Below, in pieces: positions 51,573 to 62,189 of a stretch of DNA of 64,000 nucleotides (its first letter is position 1; each line of letters begins with the position of its first letter). Below the pieces are notes generated by a model. That model was given only the letters and a program-made list of their open reading frames with translations, was not told the DNA's origin and searched no databases. Location: assembly GCA_030390025.1 (NCBI GenBank), contig CM059432.1:27034001-27098000 (forward strand), given 5' to 3'. The position numbers and the translations under genes were made by a program. This DNA comes from Squalus acanthias (Eukaryota).

Positions 51573-51798
51573 TCATGATGCGGAGATGCCGGTGTTGGAC
51601 TGGGGTGGACAAAATTGAGAGGTCGCACAACACCAGGTTAAAGTCCAACAGTTTTATTTGAAATCACAAGCTTTCGGAGCTTACTACTCCTTCGTCGGGT
51701 GAAGTGACTTCACCCGACGAAGGAGTAGTAAGCTCCGAAAGCTTGTGATTTCAAATAAAACTGTTGGACTATAACCTGGTGTTGTGCGACCTCTCAAT
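51573..51798. mobile_element. Penelope-type inverted terminal-repeat insertion (hairpin element)
   Basis: 14-bp TSD TTTATAAATAGAGG (51559-51572, 51799-51812); 95-bp arms 51611-51705 and 51707-51801 with one mismatch. Confidence 0.85.
51710..51748 (+). ncRNA. Minimal type-I hammerhead ribozyme motif (core variant CCGACGA); mirror copy on - strand at 51664-51702
   Basis: Stem I UCAC/GUGA; core C-C-G-A-C-G-A; stem II GGAG/CUCC; GAAA; palindromic AAGCUU stem III as in PLE dimeric hammerheads. Confidence 0.7.
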
Positions 51799-52371
51799 TT
51801 TATAAATAGAGGCATAGAGTACAAAAGCCAGGAAGTTATGCTAAACCTATATAAAACACTAGATCAGCCCCAGCTGAAGTACTGTGTCCAATTCTGGGCA
51901 TCACACTTTAGTAAGGACTTTGGAGAGGGTACAGAAGAGATTTACTAGAATGGTTCCAGGGATGAGGGATTACAGTTACGTGTATAGACTGGAGAAGTTG
52001 GGGTTGTTTCCTTTAGAGTTAAGAGGCGATTTGATAGAAATGTTTAAAAATGAAGGGTTTAGATAGAGTAAATAAAGAGAAACTGTTTCCAATGGCTGAA
52101 GGGTTGATAACTGGAGGGGACTGATTTAAGGTGATTGGCAAAAGAACCAGAGGGAACATGAGGGAAAAACCTTTTTACACAATGAGTGATTAGGATTTGG
52201 AATGCACTGCCTGATAGGGTGGGGTGGTGGAAATAGTTTCATTAGTAGTTTTCAAAAGGGAATTGAATTAATACTTGAAGGAGAAAAAATTGCAGGGATA
52301 TGGGGTAAGAGCCAGGGAGTGGGACTAACTTGATTGCTCTTTGAACAGCTGGTGCAGACTTGATGGGCCGA

Positions 52372-52660
52372 AATTTGACACTGAGCCACATAAGGTGATA
52401 TTAGGACAGATGAAAAGAGGTAGGTTTTAAGGAGTGACTTAAAGGAGGAGAGAGAGGGGGGTTTAGGGAGGGAATTCCAGAGCTTAAGGCCAAGGAAGCT
52501 GAAGGCACAGCCACCAGTGGTGGAGCGATTAATATTGGAAATGTGCAAGAGGCCATGGATGAGATGAGCTTGAAGAGGGCATGATGGGAGATAGGAGAGA
52601 AACTAGAGAAAGATGCGAGTTCAGGGCTTGGGCAGGTGGGAACATAGTAAGTAATATCAG
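52372..52660 (-). mobile_element. L2 3' fragment
   Basis: GGCAFSFLGLKLWNSLP-FKSLLKTYLF in ORF 52252..52548. Confidence 0.75.
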
Positions 52661-53009
52661 AAACAGTCATTTCTAGCTTAGAGCAGCTTAAGCTTTATAG
52701 TCTGCGCAGAATGCAGGCAAGTTTCATTAAAAGAAAAGTGAGGAGTGCAGTCTAGGTGGTTCGTGCCCATGCTGTGTATCAAGCAAGAAAGTTTTGGGGA
52801 AATAAAATTGAACATTGACCACTCCTGTCAGTCCAACAATACTGCTCATCAATGAGAAGAAATGGTAATTACTGCGTAATTTTGAATGAGAGGAAGTGGT
52901 TGAGGATATAAGATAGAAACAGGAAAATTACACCAACAAATGGGAATTTTTCTATAATCATTTTGCCATAAAATAATACTATTTTGGGGGGGGTGGGGTG
53001 CATATCACA

Positions 53010-53670
53010 AAACCTTGAAGGTGGCAGGGCAAATTGATAAGGCAGTTTAGAAAACATATGGGGCTTTGTAAATAGGGGCATTGAATACAAAAGCAAGTCA
53101 TGCTAAACCTTCACAAATCACTGGTTAGGCCTCAGCTGCAGTACTGTGTACAATTATGGGCACCACACTTTAGGAAGGATGTCGAGGCCCTAGAGAGGGT
53201 ACAAAAGGAGGTTTGCTGGGATGATAACCAGGGATGAGAGAGTTCCGTTAAGTGGCGAGATTGGAGAAGCTGGGATTGTTCTCCTTATAGCTGAGAAGGT
53301 TAACGGGAGACCTAATAGAGGTATTCAAAATTATGAAGGGTTTTGATAGAGCAAGTAGGGAAAAACTATTTCCTCTGGCAAGTGGGTCAGTAGCCAGAAG
53401 TCATAGATTTAAAATAATTGGCAATAGGACTAGAGGGGAAATAAGGAGAAAGTTCTTCACACAAAGGGTTGTTAAGATCTGGAAAGCGCTATCTGAAAGT
53501 GTGGTGAAATCAGATTCCATAGTAACTTTCAAAAGGCAATTGGGCATGTACTTGAATGTGGACTAATTTGCAGGGTTATGGGACTAAATTCGACAGCTCT
53601 TTCATAGAGCTGGCACAAGCATAACGGGTCGAATGGCCTCCTTCTGTGCTATAAGATTCTGTGATTCTAT
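53010..53670 (+). mobile_element. CR1 3' fragment
   Basis: ORF 53333..53566; gattctgtgattcta tail. Confidence 0.9.
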
Positions 53671-53997
53671 TTTCTTAGGGGATAATGGGTGAATTAGAAT
53701 CATTCCAAAAGGGTTAGAGAAAGATGTGTGAGGACATCTATGAGTAACATAAATCAATGTGCCCTGGGCACAATGTGCATTCTAGTGAAAGTCTGGAAAG
53801 TGTAGGTGAGATTGGTTAATTGATGGCTTTCTCTTGGATATGTTTGTGTCCTTGCCAATGCTGAACACTGAACATTCAAAGAAAACTGAATTTGATAGCT
53901 CTCCCAAGTGTGGAGTTTATGGATAATTATCAACAAATAAATTAAGACCAAGGAAACTGTTGGAGCAATATGTATATGTCTGTGTTTATGAAACTTA

Positions 53998-54648
53998 GGG
54001 CGAAAAATTGGGTTGATTTGCGCCTATACGAGGAGCAAATCCCCTAGCGCCCAGGCGCGGCACCGCTAATGCCTCCCGTGAAATTCAGCGGTGGCGGTAG
54101 CGCCCCGCGGTGCTGCACCACCGGCGATGACATCATCGCTGTGCGCAGTACCCCCGTTCGCGCCCCGGCCGCAAACTTGGGTTGCGCCCACTGACCTATC
54201 GCCGGACAATATGTCCGATAGGATCAGGGTGGCGTTTTTGCAGCCGCGGCGGGGCTATTAAAGGGCAGGTGTCAGGCGGCCATTTCTTTTGGGCCGACTG
54301 CCAGCATCTGCCCCCTTCCCCTTTTTTTCTCTGGTTGCTCGCTCAGCCCGGCACTCCTCTTGAGTGCCGGGCTGTTTTCACGGCACCCCGCTCCCCGGTG
54401 GTCTTGCAGGGCCCCGGTGCGCGCAGCACTAGGCCCCTCCCCTTGAATCGTGGGAAGGAGGCCTGCAATGATGCGGCACTGCGTGGCACTGTTGCACGTA
54501 GCGCTGCGATATTCAGTTGTAGTGTCACAAGAAGGAGGTGGAATGCTTCCAGAATTTCAGGCGGAGGGACGCTAATTTTTTGGGGTGCTAAAATTAGCGC
54601 CCAAGCGACGTTAGCGCCCCAAAAGGGGCGACACGGAATTTTTCCCCC
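53998..54648. mobile_element. GC-rich PIF/Harbinger (Tourist-like) MITE
   Basis: TIR GGGCGAAAAATT vs GGGGGAAAAATT; canonical TTA TSD on both sides. Confidence 0.92.
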
Positions 54649-54762
54649 TTAATGTTAATAAAATGTAAACCCAAGTTGATCTAAGAAGAGACCTGAAAGA
54701 AAGTTAAGGGGTAAGGTGAAAATTGACCCAGAGTGCTTTCACTCGGGTTCAAAAGGAGGAAA

Positions 54763-55352
54763 TGTTAGAATATTGACCATTACTAGTTGACCATCTTCCC
54801 ATCAGACCCTGCCTTGTATACAGCAAGTTAAAATGTCCTTGTGACGTACTAGCTGAGCTTACAAATAACAGGTTTTGTTTTGGAACAATCTGTAAAGAAC
54901 CAGACACTTTCTGATGAAAGAAGTGGACAATAACAAGCTTGTAAGACAGAGATGGAGGTCGAGGAGATGAGGAGTTGGTAGCGTGGCGTCAGCTTGGTGG
55001 GATAATAAGGACAGAGATGCGTAGGTGCAGCCAAAGTAGCCCAATAGTATAAAGGTAGAGCCTGTTCCCTCCAAATGTTTGAGCTCTCAGGACTGTTGGA
55101 AGTCCATTTACCTGAATGGTAGCCCACGAAGGGGCAAATCGATCATCTTGAGCTTCGTGGATGAAACAGGTTGTATTAATTGCTTTTCATTTAATGTAAT
55201 ACTATAGAACAGTTGTATAAGAACAATTCTGTTATTAGTCAATGTATATTAAATCTTGTTGTTTAAAACCACTCGGGCCTGAATCACAGAGGTTATTGTT
55301 ACAGGATTAACAACTCTTTGTTGCGACCGTAACCACGGGAAATCCACTAACA
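54763..55352 (+). mobile_element. Possible solo LTR
   Basis: TGTTAG...CTAACA termini; CCAAT 55041, TATAAA 55048, ATTAAA 55248; no clean TSD. Confidence 0.4.
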
Positions 55353-55868
55353 AGAGGTAAATGTTTGGAATAATATGCCGAGCAAATTAATACTGGTGAA
55401 AACATTGAGGTTATTCAAATCCTGACACAAGAACAGTAATACTTGCATTAATGAGATGTAATGCTGTTTGCTTTAATTGATACTATACCACACAATTGGG
55501 AGCAGTGGATCTCCCATTCTACATTATAAACGATGGCAAGCTGTGAGTGAGTAATAGAGGTTTTCTCTCAACAGCAACCTAACGTGCTTCTCACAAGCGA
55601 GAAGACATCTCAACGCACTATAAGGACGCTGAGCAGGAGGGAAAAAAAGAAAACTGAAGACGGTCAGGTTGGGTGGGAGTGGGGGCGCAAAGACATGGTC
55701 GAAGAGAAGGATTTTAAGGAGGGAAATCAATGGAAAGATAGGGAATTAAGCAGGAAGTTACAGAGAACAAAAGCAGTTTTGGAGTGGGGGGACAGGGTAG
55801 TAGTCTAGTATAAGAGGAGCGGAGACATGAGGCTGGAGGAAATCTATTACTGTTGATGACATAGGTGA

Positions 55869-55922
55869 GAAGTCGCACAACACCAGGTTATAGTCCAACA
55901 GTTTACCGGCATCTCCGCATCA
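55869..55922. mobile_element. 54-bp collapsed remnant of the Penelope-type hairpin element
   Basis: 15-bp TSD TGATGACATAGGTGA; insert is the arm start plus the accggcatctccgcatca terminus of the 51573 element. Confidence 0.85.
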
Positions 55923-56736
55923 TGATGACATAGGTGACCAAGGAGTGGCATTGAGGGGATCTCACTTATGAGCTGGAGTGCTCTTCATTTTTATAATGCG
56001 GCTGATGGGATAGAGGACACGGAAAAGTACACAATAAGAACCGAACAAATCAACAGCATGGGAGTTGGTTAAAATGTTATTCTTTAACCTCTGGGACCTG
56101 GATTCATATCTGCTACGTTTGGTGTGATGGGCCTCCTCTCAACCCAGTCCCTAGTGGATGCAAGAACACAGTACGAAATTGCCTGTAACTTTGCACAAGT
56201 TGGCAGTTTGATATGAAGGATACCACATGGATGACTGGAATTGTGAATGGAAGCATCTGATTGAGGCAATAAAGGATTCTTTTCTGAGGCATATTGTTGT
56301 AACAGAAGTGGAGGAGCCTTGTGACTGTGCAGTACCTGATTTGATGCCGATAACAAGAACTTGCCGAGTGCCTTTCGTGGATTCAGTAGACGATGTTTGG
56401 AAGTGGAAGTAGGTAGTGAAGCAGATGTAGGGTTTGAAGCTCAGCCTAGGAGAAAAGCCAGGAAGAGGGATAGCACTGTTTAATATGGTGAAAAGTTTCA
56501 GCCAGTAGCCAAACAGAGCGGCTTCAGTCTGAAAGGATTATTGTTGAAGAAATGAGGGAATTTTACCTGGCGGCTATCCTTAGAGTGCTTGATATTAACA
56601 CTGAGTAGGAAATTATGCAAAAAAGTTACATTCACTCACCCTAATAATCACAAGAAATTCATACTTTTTTAATTGGAAAAAAGCAATATATTTTGAAGGT
56701 AGTGATTATGGATATATTTGTGTTTGTGTGCAGCAG

Positions 56737-56863
56737 GTTCTTGAAGCTCCCCCAGAGCAGACTCAAACACAGTACTTTCACATAGCAGAGAGTGAAGAGG
56801 ACATCCAGGGCACTCAGGCAGCTGTGGCAGCTCTTCAGGACCTGCGGTACAACACAGAGAATG
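56737..56863 (+). CDS. ZFAT: ZFAT coding exon 7 in window, VLEAPPEQTQTQYFHIAESEEDIQGTQAAVAALQDLRYNTEN (alternative start 56734 adds Q)
   Basis: CAGCAG acceptor, gtgagt donor; phase 0-1; QGTQAAVAALQDLRY motif of ZFAT C-terminus. Confidence 0.93.
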
Positions 56864-57455
56864 GTGAGTGAAGGAGTTCAACTCTGGGAACTTCCTGTTA
56901 TGACTAACTCCGTTCGTAGTAGAGAAGCAGAGTGGCCAATTATTTGTGAATTAACTTGCTTTGCATCAATTCTGGGCCCAGTCGGGTATTAGATAATGAA
57001 TAACTAGGAGCATTTTAATAAAGTAGCTACATAGTGATGGGTTCAGAGCATATTGTTAAAGTAAAGCTGGAGCAGTTTATTGGTGTCACCTGGGTCTTTT
57101 TTATGACTTTACCCGACCTGTGCACGCACGTTCAGGGAATTATGTATTTCGGTCCACAAACCTAATTTTCTGGTCATGGTTTTTCTGTCAACATTTGCCT
57201 TTTGTCACAGTGTATTTGTAAATGGCAGTGTGGATTGAGTTTCTAAAGTCTCTGTCCATTGTCATCCCCCCCAAAAAAAATGTATTCACTTAGTGTGCGC
57301 AAGACCACGGGCGGTTTACTAGTTTTATATAAAATCCTAAAATGCTGGAAATGCACAGTATTTGGAAGCTTAACTTTTTGGTGTAATCCTTCGTCACTGA
57401 AGTTAATCCTCTCCGGTATCGTACTTGGCAATTAAGAAAAGTTGATTCAGTCCAT

Positions 57456-57820
57456 TGGTAGTTCAGTGAGCAGAGGCACCTTACACTAAGCCAAACAAAC
57501 CAGAAGGTCCCAATTTGATTGCTGGGGTGTGAGGTGTGCCAAGTTAGCTGATTTCTGCTGCAGGCAGCAGCTGGGGTGCTACTATTAGCCTGAGTCCCAT
57601 AGAGCTAGAGAGGGAAAACTAGCCAGAGTTCCAGCTCCCGTGCACGTGTCTATGTTGGGTGAGGACAGAGTCGGGCTCGGCTGCGCTGCCTTCTATGATT
57701 AAGTGGCCAAGATGTGTTCAGTGTCTAGGTTCACGCATGCAGAATAGTATTTGAGCACTGTTGATGCCTGTAGAATTGTGCCCAGCAATTAATCCATGCT
57801 GTCTGGCGATGAAGGGGAAG
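57456..57820 (+). mobile_element. Old SINE-like repeat (second family)
   Basis: tRNA-like head, agttagctgat, gggtgaggacagagtcgggctcggctg, gtctaggttcacgcatg motifs recurring at 41220-41380, 8365-8400 and on - at 11750-11860, 12830-12960. Confidence 0.6.
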
Positions 57821-57874
57821 AAATTAGCAAAAACAAACATTACTGATTTTATATCTGTTGTTTCTTATTCCTAG

Positions 57875-58002
57875 GGGATAGAATGGATTCGACAGCTGTA
57901 AACATTCTTCAGCAGATCATCGGTTTAGCTCCAGAGCACCATGACGGTGCCGTTGCTTCTGTGGTTACCATGGCACCCGGCACATTAACAGTTGTGGAAC
58001 AA
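57875..58002 (+). CDS. ZFAT: ZFAT coding exon 8 in window (probably penultimate), (G)DRMDSTAVNILQQIIGLAPEHHDGAVASVVTMAPGTLTVVEQ
   Basis: cctag acceptor, gtaaga donor; 128 nt, phase 1-0; TAVNILQQII and ASVVxMAPGT motifs of ZFAT. Confidence 0.94.
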
Positions 58003-58483
58003 GTAAGATTTCCATTCTCTTTTATCTGGAATTAACTCATGCAGCACTATAATGTTAATTGTAAAGTAAAGCTCACTCCACTCTGCCTCAATCTCAGAAG
58101 AGTACTGCCTGCTGCATGAATGTGGCATTTCTATTTCACACATTAATGGTCCGAATGGTTCTTCAGTTAGTGCTGTATTAATGGCAGCTTTATGCTGTGG
58201 ACATACACCCACTGGGAACTGAGATGCAACTGCCCAGGTCATTAGCTAGCAGAGAGAGGAGACTGTCTTTTCATCAATCTGGGCTGGGTTGGAGCCCATG
58301 TTCCAGAGGTGAATGTTTTATCTCACTGTGCCACCCAGTCATAGCTTCCAAAGTTATGGTGCCAATGCACTATGTGCCTTCTTAGCTGTAATCTCCCTCT
58401 CCAACACACACATACGTGTGCAATGCTCTGTCACAAGGAGGTTATAAAGTGGTGGCGAGATGTTTCCCGATATCTAGGTGTGA

Positions 58484-59600
58484 GCCTTAGTGGTTGCCTC
58501 CGAGTCAGTAGGTCATGGGTTCAAGTACCACTTCAGAGACTTAGGGGGAAAAATTCGGTTGATTTACGCGCAAAGCAACTAGCGCCCGGGCGCGGCGCCG
58601 CTAATGCTTCCCGCGAAATTCAGCGGGAGGTTAGCAACGGCGGTAACCGTTAGAGCCCAGCGTCGCGGTGCCTCCAGCGATGATGTCATCGCCGTGCACT
58701 GCGCCCCTGCCGCGATCTTCGGTAGCGCCCCCTGACTTACCGCCGGACGCTATGTCCGACAGGGTCAGGGGGGCGTTCGTGTGGCTGGGAAGGCACAAAT
58801 TAAAGAGGAGGTGTTGGGTGGCCTTGGTTACTGGCCGCCTGCCAGCACCTGCCCCCATTGCTGTCCTCGACCTCCTGTGAAGCCCCCCCCCCCCCCCCCC
58901 ACAGCGTGGTGCTGGCTGCGCTCTGTGACCCCGGCACTCCGACCCTTGGTGGCCCAGCTGGGCCCCGGGTTGCGCTGCGCTAGGGTCCTCCCCTTTAATA
59001 AGGGGAGGAAGGCCTGCAGTACCGCAGCGCGAAGTGCCGCGATATTTACTCTCAGCACCCTAAGAGGGAGGCAGGGCGCTTCCAGTAGCACCCCGCCTCC
59101 CTCTTGGGGCGCTACCAGTGAATTTCGGGCGCTGGGGTGCTAACTTTTTTGGGGTGCTAAAAGTAGCGCCTTGGCGAACTTAGCGCCCCAAAGGGGGCGC
59201 GACCCAATTTTGCCCCCTTGAGCGCATAACTTAGGCTGCCACTCCAGTGCATTGTTGAGGGAGTACTGCACTGTCAGAGGTGCTGCCTTTTGGATGAGAC
59301 ATTAAACTGAAGTGCTATCTGCCTTCTCACCAAAATTCCTGGTACAATTCTAAGAAGAGCAGTGAAGTTCTCCTTGTGGCCTGGCCAGCATTTATCCCTC
59401 ATCCAACACCACCAAAACAGATTATCTGGTCATTTTCCTCATTGCTGTTTGTGTGACCTTGCTGTGTGCAAATTGGTTGCCATGCCTGCTTGCATTACAA
59501 TCCTGACTACTCTTTAAAAGTACTTCATTTGGCTGTGGGGAGTTTTTGGACATTTTGAGGTTGTGAAAGGCACTATGTAAATGCAAGTTCTTTCTTTCTT
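58484..59600 (+). mobile_element. Deu-domain tRNA SINE split by a MITE
   Basis: B box gggttcaagtacc at 58517; body resumes at 59218 (ttgagcgcataac) through tail. Confidence 0.85.
58544..59217. mobile_element. GC-rich PIF/Harbinger MITE (same family as 53998)
   Basis: TIR GGGGGAAAAATT vs GGGGGCAAAATT; TSD TTA/TTG; collinear with 53998-54648. Confidence 0.9.
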
Positions 59601-60299
59601 CAATAGTGTGAATCTTAATGTTTTACAATTAGTCACTTCTATTTTGAAAATAGCACTGGTGGTCTCCCAGGAATAGGGGTTGGAGACTTCCATATGGTGC
59701 AGGGTTTCTTACATTGGACTGAATCTGTAGCCACCTGGCTCACTTGTGCTGCCAGTTCCTCCTTGACACTTGAATTCTCTATATGGATGGTGAGTTGGTC
59801 CCAAGTCCCAACCTGCTTGCAGAGTCTCAATGCGCATCTCAAGACAGAAGCAGTTTTACACCAAGCCCAGTGCAGGCAAGCACTATTGAGTGTAAAAGAT
59901 ACTTCTCTGTTGATACAGCTTTGCAATACTTGCCACCAGTGAACATCCTTAGACATCGGGTCTGAAGCATTGCAGATGGTAATTCTGGGCTCGCCCCATT
60001 AGGGACTCTCCTACACCTGTTTACGCTTTGGTTGTAACGTACAAATAAAATGATCATAGAATGGTACAGGACAGAAACAAGCTATTCAGTCCATCACTGT
60101 GCTATTTTTTCTCCACCTGAGCCACATAATTTAATCCTACTCTCGTACTTGCTGCCCATACCCTTTAATAATCCTCTTTTAAATAAACCAATGGAGGCTA
60201 CGGGTCTCCAGCGTTAAAATGGGGAATTGGCGGGAATGGAGCAGGAAACGGAACAGCTCCATTTTAACTACTCTCATCCCCCTATCCGACAATCAGGTT

Positions 60300-61775
60300 C
60301 CACTATGGAAATCGTGGATGCATTGCTTGTCGTCTTCCAAAATTCTATAGATTATAGAACAGTTCCGGCAGATTGGAGGGTGACAAATGTAACCCCACTA
60401 TTTAAAAAAGGAGAGAGAGAGAAAACTGGGAACTACAGACCGGCTAGCCTAACATCAGTAGTAGGGAAAATGCTAGAGTCTATTATAAAGGATGTGATAA
60501 CAGGGCACGTAGAAAATATCAACGGGATTAGACAAAGTCAGCATGGATTTATGAAAGGGAAATCGTGTTTGACAAACCTACTGGAGTTTTTTGAGGATGT
60601 AACTGGTAGAATAGATAAGGGAGAACCAGTGGATGTGGTGTATTTGGATTTTCAGATGGCCTTTGATAAAGTCCCACATAAGAGGTTGGTGTGCAAAATT
60701 AAAGCACATGGGATGGATTGAAAATTGGTTAACAGACAGGAAACAGAGAGTAGGAATAAATGGGTCTTTTTCGGGGTGGCAGGCAGTGACTAGTGGGGTA
60801 CCGCAGGGATCAGTGCTTGGGCCCCAGCTATTCACAATATATATCAATGATTTGGATGAGGGAACCAAATGTAATATTTCCAAGTTTGCTGACGACACAA
60901 AACTAGGTGGGGTTGTGAGGAGGATGCAAAGAGGCTTCAAGGCGATTTAGACAAGTTGAGTGAGTGGGCAAATACATGGCAGATGCAGTATAACGTGGAT
61001 AAATGTGAAGTTATCCACTTCAATAGGAAAAACAGAAAGGTAGAGTATTATTTAAATGGTGATAGATTGGGAAATGCTGAATTACAAAAGGACCTGGGTG
61101 TCCTTGTACACCAGTCACTGAAAGCAAACATGCAGGTGCAGCAAGCAGTTTGGAAGGCAAATGGTATGTTGGCCTTCATTGCAAGAGGATTTGAGTACAG
61201 GAACAAGGATGTCTTACTACAGTTATACAGGGCCTTGGTGAGACCACACCTGGAGTACTGTGTGCAGTTTTGGTCTGTTTACCTAAGAAAGGATATACTT
61301 GCCATAGAGGGAGTGCAGCGAAGGTTCACCAGACTGATTCCTGGGATGGCAGGACTGTCATATGAGGAGAGATTGGGTCGACTAGGCCTGTATTCACTAG
61401 AGTTTAGAAGAATGAGAGGGGTTCCCATTGAAACGTATAAAACGCAGGGAGGATGTTTCCCCTGGCTGGGGGGTCTAGAACGAGGCATCACCGTCTCAGG
61501 ATACGGGGTAGGACATTTAGGACTGAGGTGAGGAGAAATTTCTTCACTCAGAGGGTGGTGAACCTGTGGAATTCTCTACCACAGAAGGCTGTGGAGGCCA
61601 AGTCACTGAATATATTTAAGAAGGAGATAGATTTCTAGACACAAAAGGCATCAAGAGGTATGGGGAGAGAGCAGGAATATGGTATTGAGAGAGGATCAGC
61701 CATGATCATATTGAATAGCGGAGCAGGCTCGAAGGGCCGAATGGCCTACTCCTGCTTCTATTTTTCTATGTTTCT
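60300..61775 (+). mobile_element. CR1 RT and 3' end
   Basis: ORFs 60227..60721, 60633..60950, 60956..61531 (NYRPASLTS, QHGF, FADDTKL). Confidence 0.94.
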
Positions 61776-62189
61776 AAGAGCAGAGTTTACTTACCTTGTC
61801 CCTTTAAGGATTGCTGGTTAGGCCGCTATAGACCCTGAAAAGCTAGTATTTTATCAATTTCACCGGGTCCTAAAACAGGCGTTAGGCCACTGATTAGTAT
61901 ATGCATAAACGCTGTTTAAAACAGACTCCCAGGGTGCCTAAGTAGCGCCTGATACAATTTTTCATTAACTTCAAGGGTGAATTGGTAGTTTTTGCACCTG
62001 TTTTACGCCAGGAAAATGGGCACAATGCATACCAATTTCTTTCCCATTGTCTATTAATTAATAACAATATCCTTCCTTCCTTCTCTATCTCTCCTGAAAG
62101 ATCCTGTTTGGCATATTACTTAGCTGTTCAATTTTAAGGAGATGGAGTATCTATTACAGTTCTTTTGCTCAGCTGTAGGTACTCCCGGG

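Larger units (their letters stand above)
51173..52365 (+). mobile_element. CR1 RT/3' fragment (5' stub at 47672-47706)
   Basis: [18 protein letters not shown]; continues directly from gggatagaaaacagagttgtggtgaat at 47680-47707. Confidence 0.88.

Noticed and set aside
53998..54652. CpG-island promoter and 156-aa ORF
   Set aside because: Bounded by TIRs and TTA TSD and repeated at 58544; ORF is a by-product of high GC
59630..60040. Overlapping short ORFs possibly from another retroelement
   Set aside because: No recognisable motif; cannot support a call
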